This document shows positions 1-8,408 of a stretch of DNA of 20,157 nucleotides, in pieces; the stretch's first letter is position 1; each line of letters begins with the position of its first letter. The position numbers and the translations under genes are program-made. Where the stretch lies: contig CBFDTI010000019.1 in the NCBI GenBank assembly GCA_965612795.1, positions 1-20,157 on the forward strand, given 5' to 3'. The notes below the pieces were generated by a model, which saw only the letters and a program-made list of their open reading frames with translations, was not told where the DNA came from and made no database searches. This DNA comes from an uncultured bacterium. Its GTDB lineage: Bacteria > Hydrothermota > UBA3073 > NMUJ01.

Positions 1-1
1 A

Positions 2-210
2 CTATAAACCCACAATATATGTGATACTACCGCTGGCTTACAAGGAGATAGCATTTTTCCCCAAAATTCGTACATTTATATTTGACTCATTACCTTGCAT
101 GGTACTTTATAATCCACGTAATGGCCGAAAAGCGCACCCCACAATTGGCTATAAACCTATAGTATATGCGATATCACCAGATTGCAGGAGGATAGCATTT
201 TTCCAAAATA
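2..210 (+). repeat. Diverged direct repeat of about 60 nt (2-67 vs 149-209) encoding two propeller blades; a more diverged third copy lies near 1458-1505
   Basis: ctataaacccacaatatatgtgata...gatagcatttttc vs ctataaacctatagtatatgcgata...gatagcatttttc. Confidence 0.7.
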
Positions 211-275
211 CCCTCAAACCCGACGGTTTTGCGATAGAGATATATGTGTATGATTTGGGGTTACAAAATCGATAA
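3..275 (+). CDS. 3' part of a TolB/PD40-like beta-propeller protein, open at the left edge; paralog of the downstream gene
   Basis: Frame is open from nt 3 (YKPTIYVILP...). The C-terminus IVYAISPDCRRIAFF...IYVYD matches PVYAISPDGNNIAFF...IHIYD of the next ORF. SPD-x3-IAF is a PD40/TolB-type blade motif. Confidence 0.65.
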   Translation, partial: YKPTIYVILPLAYKEIAFFPKIRTFIFDSLPCMVLYNPRNGRKAHPTIGYKPIVYAISPDCRRIAFFQNTLKPDGFAIEIYVYDLGLQNR

Positions 276-383
276 TGGTACATGATATACAGATTAGAAA
301 CACAGAATGAGATGATACAAGGAAGATTAAATTTCGGCTATCTAAAATATGAGAAAGATTCCTATCTTCGCTTGCTGGCTTTG

Positions 384-1583
384 ATGATAAAGAGGTATTC
401 CACATATATAATAAGTGTCGCATTTTTGAGCATATGTTGTACTAAATACTTTATGGTCAAACCGCCGGCTGTAGCGGAGGTATGTGAATTTCATCACGTA
501 AAAAATCTAAGCCCTATCTTTGTATTTTATCTGACACCCAAGTGGATAGATAACAAACTCTATTTTATTGGGTTGAAGATAGGGTGTAGAAAAGATACGC
601 TCTGCCTATGTACGTATGATTTGAAAAGCAAAGAATGGCGTTTCACCGATCTCAAATTGGATGCCACCTTTTCGTATTTTTTGGACTCGTTGGACGTGTT
701 TGCTCTTACCATTCGCACAACATGCCCCGTGACACCGATCGATTTTTCAATTTCACCCGACGAACGCTACCTAATTTATACAATAGCGGAGGTTCCATTA
801 AATACTACCCTTTATGGAATCGACCCAAATCTGGGTGGAAATAAAGAAGCATATAAAACATGGTTTAAAAGATGGGCAAAGAGAATGTCCCATCCTAAGA
901 CTTATCTACAGCGTTTGGATACGACTTCACATTCTGTTCTGTTGTTCGATGACAACAAAGTAGCCTTGAGATTCTGCTGGCTTTCACCTAATAAAGTTGT
1001 ATTTGAAAGACGCTCTTTCATGGTCACGGCGATGGACACCGTAATAAAATATGATTTGAGCTTCGACGGCATATGCATGATGGATCTAAAATCCAATAGG
1101 AAGAAAATTCTCGAAGAAGCGAATAAAGAGCACATTCTGTTAGGGGTACTTCCTGATAGTGCAACCATATTCTTTGTAGAATTTCAAGACGAGGATAGGC
1201 GGATATTCTCTATGGATACGTTAGGTGAACGCAGGGAGTTGACATTCACGAAATGGCTACCCTATCCCTATTATGTACTTGATGCAACCCACCCATCTGC
1301 TGCTATTCCTACCCCGTATTTTTTAACTCCAAAATTACGTTTCTGTGCAGGTAAATATTTATTGTTTTATCCCGAGTCTAAGGGCAACAAATTCAGTGGG
1401 ATAATAATCTGTAACACTAAGAATGAGAGAAGAAAAATCTCACCCCAGTGCATGTCACCAGTATATGCTATCTCTCCCGATGGCAATAATATAGCATTCT
1501 TCACATGGACAGAAGACGAAACAAGGATTCACATTTACGATTGTAAGGAGCAAGTATTGAGCCTTATCGAAAACCATCCATAA
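384..1583 (+). CDS. Putative lipoprotein with TolB-like beta-propeller repeats (ORF is open from 282; ATG 384 preferred)
   Basis: MIKRYSTYIISVAFLSICC resembles a signal peptide II with lipobox. Blade motifs FSISPDERYLIY, WLSPNKVVF, VLPDSATIFF, AISPDGNNIAF. Confidence 0.65.
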   Translation: MIKRYSTYIISVAFLSICCTKYFMVKPPAVAEVCEFHHVKNLSPIFVFYLTPKWIDNKLYFIGLKIGCRKDTLCLCTYDLKSKEWRFTDLKLDATFSYFLDSLDVFALTIRTTCPVTPIDFSISPDERYLIYTIAEVPLNTTLYGIDPNLGGNKEAYKTWFKRWAKRMSHPKTYLQRLDTTSHSVLLFDDNKVALRFCWLSPNKVVFERRSFMVTAMDTVIKYDLSFDGICMMDLKSNRKKILEEANKEHILLGVLPDSATIFFVEFQDEDRRIFSMDTLGERRELTFTKWLPYPYYVLDATHPSAAIPTPYFLTPKLRFCAGKYLLFYPESKGNKFSGIIICNTKNERRKISPQCMSPVYAISPDGNNIAFFTWTEDETRIHIYDCKEQVLSLIENHP

Positions 1584-1654
1584 AATGCAAGCTATGGCAA
1601 CCTCGAGACACAGTGTGGTTAACAGTCCTGAAATACAAAATCACTGAGCCAACG

Positions 1655-1683
1655 TTGACATGAACCCTTCTCCCGTATTTTTG
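1655..1683 (+). promoter_or_regulatory. Putative housekeeping promoter TTGACA-N15-TATTTT(TG)
   Basis: TTGACA 1655-1660, TATTTT 1676-1681, upstream of ATG 1703. Confidence 0.55.
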
Positions 1684-1702
1684 TCTTAATAAGCACTGTT
1701 TA

Positions 1703-2677
1703 ATGCGCTACCTCACAAGCATACTGGACGCAATCGGTAACACTCCTTTGGTAAAACTATCTAAGCTGGTAGCCCAAAAATCCGATTCCCTATTACTTGC
1801 GAAGGCCGAATTCCTCAACCCCGGTCACAGCATAAAGGATAGGATGGCAAAGTTCGTACTCGATAGAGCCATACATAGGGGTGAACTCAAACCCGGTGGC
1901 ACGATAATTGAGGCTACTTCTGGTAACACCGGCATAGCACTCGCAATGTATGGAGCTATAAAAGGGTTTAAAGTAATTCTTACATTGACTGATAGGGTAT
2001 CAGATGAAAAGATTGCCCTCTTACGTGCATTAGGTGCAGAAGTCATAATATGTCCGAGTGATGCAAAACACGGGTCACCCGAAAGCTGTAATGAGGTTGC
2101 GAAACGGCTCGCCCAAACCATACCCAATGCATATTATGTCAACCAGCACGAAAACCTTGACAACCCGCTCTCACATTACGAAACCACCGCCAAGGAAATA
2201 TGGACTGATACCGATGGTAAGATCACACACTTTGTGGCCGGTCTCGGTACAGGTGGTACTTTCACAGGTGTAGCAAGGTTTCTGAAAGAGAGGAACCCCA
2301 ACATCCGCTGCATAGCAGTCGACCCTGTTGGTTCCGTATTTTATAACTACTTCAAAAAAGGTGTACCAGGCGAATATAAGCCGTACGAACTGGAAGGGTT
2401 AGGTGATGACGCTATAATACCGACAGTCGATTTCTCGCTTATCGACGACATGATACAGGTGACAGATAAGGATGCATTCCTCACAGCGAGAAGGTTAGCA
2501 AAAGAGGAGGGGCTATTCGTGGGTGGGTCATCAGGTGCTAACGTCTGGGCAGCCCTAAAGGTCTATGAGGCTGCACCGTCCGGCTCGGTGATTGTCACCA
2601 TACTGCCAGATTCTGGGGTAAACTATTTATCCAAGATATACAATGACCGATGGATGCAAGAAAGAGGGTATCTGTGA
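1703..2677 (+). CDS. PLP-dependent cysteine synthase family enzyme, cystathionine beta-synthase-like, without a Bateman domain
   Basis: IGNTPLV, NPGHSIKDR (PLP lysine), EATSGNTG, GLGTGGT. C-terminal YLSKIYNDRWMQERGYL is typical of the CBS branch. Confidence 0.9.
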   Translation: MRYLTSILDAIGNTPLVKLSKLVAQKSDSLLLAKAEFLNPGHSIKDRMAKFVLDRAIHRGELKPGGTIIEATSGNTGIALAMYGAIKGFKVILTLTDRVSDEKIALLRALGAEVIICPSDAKHGSPESCNEVAKRLAQTIPNAYYVNQHENLDNPLSHYETTAKEIWTDTDGKITHFVAGLGTGGTFTGVARFLKERNPNIRCIAVDPVGSVFYNYFKKGVPGEYKPYELEGLGDDAIIPTVDFSLIDDMIQVTDKDAFLTARRLAKEEGLFVGGSSGANVWAALKVYEAAPSGSVIVTILPDSGVNYLSKIYNDRWMQERGYL

Positions 2678-2749
2678 TCCGCAAATTTTCGTCCTCCGGT
2701 AACACAATATGGGTGAAAGGGGTCCCCACTTTGATATCGGAGCGTCACT

Positions 2750-5161
2750 ATGATATTGCTGATATTGCTTAACTTACAGCTGGGTGACAACGTGAAGCAG
2801 CTGAAATGGGTCGACCCCTATGGTCGGCAACCTACCAGCTACTCGGAATGGTTAAAACAGCAACCAGAATCCCAAAAAGATATCGTACCACACACTGTTT
2901 TAGCAACCATCAAAACCGATAGCCTCATAGATATCATAGTAGAGGGTAAATTGTACCCATACATATCTTCAGAGGTGGTCACTTTCTGTAACGACCTTGT
3001 AGACGCGGGCTATAGCGTACAGGTGGATACAGTCACCGGTATAACGCACGACGCTTTACGCACATATTTAACGACTCTCGACAACCTCATGGGTGCAATC
3101 TTCATCGGCAATCTCCCCGTAGCATGGTTCGAAACCCAAGGATTTGGCTGCATAGAGGAGTTTCCCATCGATATCTACTTCATGGACCTCAACGGCACAT
3201 GGGAAGACACCGACGGTGATGGCATATACGATGGACACTATGGTGATGTGGGGCTCGAGATCTGGGTTGGTAGACTCTACCCCAACCTCACATGGGATAA
3301 CCCCATTAAGTTGCTCAAAACCTACTTCTTAAAAAACCATGCATATAGGGAGGGTAACCTATCGCTACCTGGTGTCGGGTTAGCATTTGTGGATGACGAC
3401 TGGTGGTACTGGTCGACGTGTGGGTTGGATCACGTCTATCCCAGCGTAGAGGTAGTCAACACCGAAACGCTCACCGTAGCAAATGAATACCGTCAACGTT
3501 TACTGATGGGGTATGAATGGATCCACCTCTGTGCACATTCGTCACCATGGGGGCACACCTTTAAGGTGCCACCAGATAACTACTCAGGTACGGTATTCAA
3601 TTATGAAATATTTGTACTTGAACCACATGCACATTTCTACAACCTATTTAGTTGTTCCGGTACCCGCTACATTGAACCCAACTGTATCGCTAACTGGTAC
3701 ATATTTCAACAAAACTATGGGTTACTGGTTGTAGGTAGCAGTAAAACTGGGTCGATGCTATATTTCGACGATTTCTACTCCGCAATCGGTGCAGGTCACA
3801 ACATAGGTGATGCATTCAAGATATGGTTCAACCTCCACGGTGAACAGAGTCGTGACTGGTTCTATGGGTTAAACCTTATCGGTGACCCCACCTTACATCC
3901 GCTGGCAGGTACATCACCTTTCAAGTTAACTTGGTACAGCTGCATCGATAGCACGATATTCGTGCACCCCGAATCCGATGGCCACCCTCAAGTATTAGCA
4001 AGCAACGGTCGTATTTTCGTGATATGGGAGTCGGGTAGATCTGAAGATTTTGGCCGCTCCGACATCTATTTCGGTTATTACGATGGTACCACATGGATAG
4101 GTCCTTTCGGTGTGTGCCGTCAGCTATATTGGGACTACACACCTGCGTTAGGTTTATCCGGTGACGGTAACCTCGTAGCAGTATGGGCGAGCTTCCGCCA
4201 TCATGCATACTATTACAACCTATATTACAGTGTATTCGATGATACAGGTTGGACAGCTGGTGTGTTGATCGCGGATGACCCCGCCTTCGACATGCGACCA
4301 TCGCTCGTACGTGACAGGGATGGTCTATTACATCTGTTTTGGGAATCGCGTCGTGACGTAGACGCCAACATTTACCACACAGTATTCGACGGCACCACCT
4401 GGACAGCTCCTGAGCCAGTTACGAGTTCGGCAGCTGACGAGTGTGCTCCCGTTGCTGTGGTGGACTCATCCAACAGAGTCTGGGTCTTCTACACCCGTAA
4501 ACATGGTAGCAATTCAGAGATATACGCCAGCTACTACGATGATGGATGGTACTCAATAGGCCCTCTATCTGGTACATACTTCGCACAATCACCAGACGCT
4601 ACCTGTGACGACAACGGGATATGGGTTGTATTTCAGGTGTTTGGTGACACCACAACTGACATATACTACGTCCATAAGGTAGGTGATACATGGGTTGGCC
4701 CGTACCCGATAACCCAAGATAACTATAGTGATGCAACACCTGCCATAGCACTGGATAGCTCAGCTACCCCCTACGTGGTGTGGATGTCGCACCGCGACGG
4801 ATGGCAGCTCATCATCGCATACTACACCGGGGATTGGGTGATCTGCGACCACATTCTCGGAGCCTCACCCGCCATGGCACCAGATATTGCAATCGATACA
4901 ACCGGCCACATCTGGGTAGTATATCAGGGCTATACAGATAACTGGGAAATATGTGTACATAAGAGCCCACCATTGCATGTATCTGAGATATCCACCCCAA
5001 AAGTGAACATCACATCACTTATCACTAACATCGACATGTTACCAGATACGTTGTTCGATCTAACCGGCCGTCGAACAACCCATCACAACCTAACCTCTGG
5101 CATCTATCACACCAAAATTGGCAACAAACTACACCGCATATTGTATATCAAACAACCGTAG
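2750..5161 (+). CDS. Secreted C25 (gingipain-like) cysteine peptidase domain + beta-propeller repeats + T9SS-like C-terminal tail
   Basis: Short hydrophobic N-terminus; D-x-YFMDLNG and EIWVGRL motifs; candidate His (CAHSS) / Cys (FSCS) dyad; IGDAF...LIGDPTL. Repeated P-x5-G-x3-V-x-W blades. Tail LFDLTGRR...LTSGIYH. SD GGAG at 2739-2742. Confidence 0.75.
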   Translation: MILLILLNLQLGDNVKQLKWVDPYGRQPTSYSEWLKQQPESQKDIVPHTVLATIKTDSLIDIIVEGKLYPYISSEVVTFCNDLVDAGYSVQVDTVTGITHDALRTYLTTLDNLMGAIFIGNLPVAWFETQGFGCIEEFPIDIYFMDLNGTWEDTDGDGIYDGHYGDVGLEIWVGRLYPNLTWDNPIKLLKTYFLKNHAYREGNLSLPGVGLAFVDDDWWYWSTCGLDHVYPSVEVVNTETLTVANEYRQRLLMGYEWIHLCAHSSPWGHTFKVPPDNYSGTVFNYEIFVLEPHAHFYNLFSCSGTRYIEPNCIANWYIFQQNYGLLVVGSSKTGSMLYFDDFYSAIGAGHNIGDAFKIWFNLHGEQSRDWFYGLNLIGDPTLHPLAGTSPFKLTWYSCIDSTIFVHPESDGHPQVLASNGRIFVIWESGRSEDFGRSDIYFGYYDGTTWIGPFGVCRQLYWDYTPALGLSGDGNLVAVWASFRHHAYYYNLYYSVFDDTGWTAGVLIADDPAFDMRPSLVRDRDGLLHLFWESRRDVDANIYHTVFDGTTWTAPEPVTSSAADECAPVAVVDSSNRVWVFYTRKHGSNSEIYASYYDDGWYSIGPLSGTYFAQSPDATCDDNGIWVVFQVFGDTTTDIYYVHKVGDTWVGPYPITQDNYSDATPAIALDSSATPYVVWMSHRDGWQLIIAYYTGDWVICDHILGASPAMAPDIAIDTTGHIWVVYQGYTDNWEICVHKSPPLHVSEISTPKVNITSLITNIDMLPDTLFDLTGRRTTHHNLTSGIYHTKIGNKLHRILYIKQP

Positions 5162-5164
5162 AGG

Positions 5165-5431
5165 ATGGGGGAGAGGTTCATCGGTGAAGAGGTAAAAGTG
5201 ACCTACTCGAGTTTCGGCAATTTAGATAGCTTCGAATGGCGTGGCCAACAGTACAAGATTGTCGAAGTTATCAACCTATTCAGGGCGCTCGACCTCAGGC
5301 GTCCATGGTGGCGTCGCCGGCATAGGGATTTCTTCACAGTGAAAGTTGATACAGGTCAGGTGTTCAAACTCTATTTCCACAGGGGACCAGGCCGCCGATA
5401 CTGGGTACTATACAGTGAGCTCATAGAATGA
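5165..5431 (+). CDS. DUF6504-like small protein
   Basis: FxWRG...V...WW...R-x-FFxV...G-x-F-x-LY...W pattern, 88 aa. Confidence 0.7.
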   Translation: MGERFIGEEVKVTYSSFGNLDSFEWRGQQYKIVEVINLFRALDLRRPWWRRRHRDFFTVKVDTGQVFKLYFHRGPGRRYWVLYSELIE

Positions 5432-5452
5432 TACATTTTGATAGATTGCCAA

Positions 5453-6577
5453 ATGGGACGTAACGTCAAGGTACTATCCATCACTGTATTGTTGATACTC
5501 ATAACACTTTTCTCGTGGAATTACCTACTACCGCTATACCTGAAAGAGCTGGGTGCCACCGACAAGGTGATCGGCATATCCTATACGCTGTTCAGTTTGA
5601 GCTTTACGTTGGCACAGTTTGTAGGGGGTTACTTATCCGATAAGTGTGGCCGCAAACTGATGATCGTCGTACCTACATACTTTATGATACCATTCTACGT
5701 GTTGATGGGTACCGCAGATCATTGGATACCGGTCGTCACCTTCTATATAGCTGCAAACATATGTTCAGCATTACAGAGCCCATCATTTATATCGATGATT
5801 GCAGAGTCATCCACCCACAGGGGTACAGCGTTCGGTATATTTGAAGGTTTCGTTGCACTCGGTATCACAGTTGGCCCGCTACTCGGTGCGTATATGGTGT
5901 ATCGTATCACTATACCCGGGCTTATACTTCTAACCGCCTGTATGTCACTTATTGTTGCAGTGATACGTACGGCGTTGCTTAAAGAGACAAAACCTGTAAC
6001 AGATGGACTCAACGTAGATACACAGGTTACGTTTGGGGTTAACCTCAGGTGGTTCCTTCTAGCTGCTTCGTGCCTATTTTTAGTATTTTCGTTCACCATA
6101 TATGGGCCGTTTTTAACCCTTTACCAGCGGGAAGTTTTCAACCTCACCAAAAGTAAGATCAACCTTTACTTTGCGATCGGTGGTCTACTCTCTGCCATCA
6201 TCAGCTTGGCTGGTGGTAAAGCAACAGACAAGTTTGGCGCAAAATCGATCTTAGCAACCAGCGTCGTAACACATCCGTTACTTATACTTTTGTGGGTGTT
6301 CACTGGTAACTTTACGTTCTTCATATTGTCGTTTATGTTTTCACAGTTCTGCCACATATCATACTTTGCGCTGTTGAGTTCACTCGTAGGTGACCGCGTA
6401 CGAGGTCGACTGGTAGGCCTATTCGGTACAATAACAGGTATAGTGAGCTCGGTCGGCCCATATGTAGGGATGTACGCCAAGCTACACGTAGATGTAAAGG
6501 CACCATTCTATCTGGCGATGCTCTCTGGAGTGTTAGCCCTTATGGTGTTACGTAATGTGAGGGATAGCAGTAATTGA
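5453..6577 (+). CDS. MFS transporter (start ATG 5453, or TTG 5438)
   Basis: Many hydrophobic segments; motif A GGYLSDKCGRK and the repeat GGKATDKFGAK. Confidence 0.9.
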   Translation: MGRNVKVLSITVLLILITLFSWNYLLPLYLKELGATDKVIGISYTLFSLSFTLAQFVGGYLSDKCGRKLMIVVPTYFMIPFYVLMGTADHWIPVVTFYIAANICSALQSPSFISMIAESSTHRGTAFGIFEGFVALGITVGPLLGAYMVYRITIPGLILLTACMSLIVAVIRTALLKETKPVTDGLNVDTQVTFGVNLRWFLLAASCLFLVFSFTIYGPFLTLYQREVFNLTKSKINLYFAIGGLLSAIISLAGGKATDKFGAKSILATSVVTHPLLILLWVFTGNFTFFILSFMFSQFCHISYFALLSSLVGDRVRGRLVGLFGTITGIVSSVGPYVGMYAKLHVDVKAPFYLAMLSGVLALMVLRNVRDSSN

Positions 6578-6600
6578 CGACCCGCTATTGCAGGTAACTT
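6574..6600 (+). promoter_or_regulatory. Putative promoter TTGACG-N15-TAACTT
   Basis: Upstream of the GGAGGT SD and ATG 6626. Confidence 0.5.
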
Positions 6601-6625
6601 ATAAATTGTTCTAACTGGAGGTATC

Positions 6626-7153
6626 ATGAAAGTAGAGGTATATGAAGAAGTTTATAGGTTGATGCATCCAAAACTCACATTCCTGCTCACCTCAGTGGAT
6701 AAAGCCGGTACACCTAATGTTATGGCACTCGCATGGGCTACACCGCTATCGGAAGAACCTCCACTTGTAGGTATCGCAGTGGGTAAGAACAGCCTAACCG
6801 CAGCCAACATCAAATCGACGGGCGAGTTCGTACTAAATGTAGTGACGACGAAGTTGGCTAAAGCTACCCTACTCTGTGGTACACGTTCAGGTAGGAAGGT
6901 GGATAAATTCAAATCCGCCAACCTCACCAAACAGCTCGCACATCGTGTAAACCCACCCTACATAAAGGAATGTATCGGTCATATCGAGTGTAAGGTTAAG
7001 GATGTGATAGACGCAGGTGAATGCTACTTATTTATTGGCGAGATCCTATATGCTTGTGTTGATGATACAGTATTCGATGAACACTGGAAGGACGAAGCTA
7101 ACGTACTACTACACCTTGGGGGTAGTAAATTCGCCACAACGAGATCCAGATGA
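6626..7153 (+). CDS. Flavin reductase family protein (flavoredoxin-like, FMN-binding split barrel)
   Basis: PNVMALAW, EFVLNV, CGTRSGRKVDKF, IECKV...LFIGEI; strong SD. Confidence 0.9.
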   Translation: MKVEVYEEVYRLMHPKLTFLLTSVDKAGTPNVMALAWATPLSEEPPLVGIAVGKNSLTAANIKSTGEFVLNVVTTKLAKATLLCGTRSGRKVDKFKSANLTKQLAHRVNPPYIKECIGHIECKVKDVIDAGECYLFIGEILYACVDDTVFDEHWKDEANVLLHLGGSKFATTRSR

Positions 7154-7530
7154 AAGCGATCAAACTGATATCATCCACCATAGGTGAGGTCGTGGTGGAG
7201 TTGAGTGAAGAAAACCCAATAACTGCACGCAAATTATTGGAAGCACTACCAGTTGAGGGTAAGGCAAACCTCTGGGGTGATGAGATATACTTCAGGATAC
7301 CAGTTGAGGTTGAACCCGAAAACCCACGTATCATCGTAAAAGAAGGTGAAGTCGCAATCTGGATAGAGGAGCCATCGCTTTGCATATTCTTTGGTAAAAC
7401 ACCTGTAAGTACAGGAGATACAATCCGTGCATACAGTGAGGTCAACGTCATCGGTAAGGTGGTGGGTGATTGCAAAGTGTTCAAAAACGTAAAACCAGGT
7501 GAACTCATAAGAGTGGAGCGTATAGAGTGA
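7150..7530 (+). CDS. Cyclophilin-like fold protein (DUF369 / TM1367-like)
   Basis: LLEALP...ANLWGDEIYF...GEVAIW...LCIFFGKTP; ATGA overlap with the flavin reductase gene. Confidence 0.85.
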   Translation: MKAIKLISSTIGEVVVELSEENPITARKLLEALPVEGKANLWGDEIYFRIPVEVEPENPRIIVKEGEVAIWIEEPSLCIFFGKTPVSTGDTIRAYSEVNVIGKVVGDCKVFKNVKPGELIRVERIE

Positions 7531-7539
7531 CCATAGCAG

Positions 7540-7567
7540 TTGTCAAATTCTACTATACCGATATATT
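7540..7567 (+). promoter_or_regulatory. Putative promoter TTGTCA-N16-TATATT; ATG follows 6 nt later (leaderless)
   Basis: ttgtca aattctactataccga tatatt ataaag ATG; no SD. Confidence 0.45.
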
Positions 7568-7573
7568 ATAAAG

Positions 7574-7792
7574 ATGCCGACGTATGAATTCAGGTGTAAC
7601 GCATGTAACCACAAATTTGAGCTGTTCATTTCGATGAATGAAAGAGATAAAGTGCGTTGCCCCAAATGTGGCAGCCCAGATGTAACACAGTTACTCACGG
7701 GGTGCTACATTAAAGGGACAAGCTCCACATGTGCAAGCTGTACGCAAACAACTTGCAGTACATGTCCTTTAATAAGTAAGACTAACAACTAG
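7574..7792 (+). CDS. FmdB family zinc-ribbon protein with a Cys-rich tail
   Basis: MPTYEFRCNACNHKFE...CPKCGS, followed by CASCTQTTCSTC. Confidence 0.9.
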   Translation: MPTYEFRCNACNHKFELFISMNERDKVRCPKCGSPDVTQLLTGCYIKGTSSTCASCTQTTCSTCPLISKTNN

Positions 7793-7799
7793 GAGGAAA

Positions 7800-8042
7800 A
7801 TGAAGGCAAAAACAATTGGATTGATCATATTGATCGTGTTGGTGGCCATATTCGTGATAGGCAACATAGTTGTACATACCGAGGCGAGCTTATGGTATTT
7901 TAAAACGTTTCAACACCTACGTACGATTGTGATAATACTCATAACACTCGTGGTGGGGGTGCTCATTGGATGGTTTATACCCTCACCAATACGGAAAAAG
8001 AAATCAGAAGAGCAATCTGTATCAAACAAACAGGAGGTATAA
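7800..8042 (+). CDS. Small two-TM membrane protein, LapA/DUF1049-like
   Basis: SD AGGAGG; two hydrophobic helices (IFVIGN; LVVGVLIGW) and a basic tail. Confidence 0.65.
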   Translation: MKAKTIGLIILIVLVAIFVIGNIVVHTEASLWYFKTFQHLRTIVIILITLVVGVLIGWFIPSPIRKKKSEEQSVSNKQEV

Positions 8043-8377
8043 TGGGGTTCATATTACTTGCAGGTATTACGTTGATGATGGGCCTTTTTGCAAAGGTTAA
8101 GCCGCTCAAAGATGCCAGCAAAGGGCTTGTAGGGTTACGTGTACCCATAGGGATAGTGGCATTCTTCTCGGGGTTGGCTGCCTTCCGTGGTGGTGCACGC
8201 TTCGTATTCCCCGCAATAATGGGTATCATAGCGGGGATATTCTTGGTGTTAGACCTGATCAAGCTCATCCCGAAGGCAGAGACCGCTATCAGTAAGGCTG
8301 AAGCTACACTCACCGTGGTGCAGGTACCAGTGGGTATACTGGCTGCTGTTGCGGCGATCATCGGTATGTTCATGTAA
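8042..8377 (+). CDS. Hypothetical multi-TM membrane protein (start MGFILL at 8042)
   Basis: SD GGAGGT and TAATG coupling to the upstream stop; about 4 hydrophobic segments with an internal VPIGI/VPVGI repeat. Confidence 0.7.
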   Translation: MGFILLAGITLMMGLFAKVKPLKDASKGLVGLRVPIGIVAFFSGLAAFRGGARFVFPAIMGIIAGIFLVLDLIKLIPKAETAISKAEATLTVVQVPVGILAAVAAIIGMFM

Positions 8378-8408
8378 GTGTGGCCGTTCCACTTCGTAGG
8401 GGATCGTA

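Noticed and set aside
282..383. N-terminal extension of the propeller protein
   Set aside because: The signal-peptide-like segment starts at ATG 384; the extension is probably not translated, though this is not proven.
2..1505. DGR template/variable repeat pair
   Set aside because: Mismatches include C/T changes and indels rather than being adenine-specific, and no reverse transcriptase is in the window.
2750..6577. Stop-codon readthrough or recoding: three consecutive ORFs share a frame and are separated only by single TAG/TGA stops
   Set aside because: Each ORF is a complete protein of an unrelated family, and TAG and TGA act as normal stops throughout the window.
7970..8041. Longer start for the membrane protein ORF
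   Set aside because: It overlaps the upstream gene; ATG 8042 has a GGAGGT SD and TAATG coupling.
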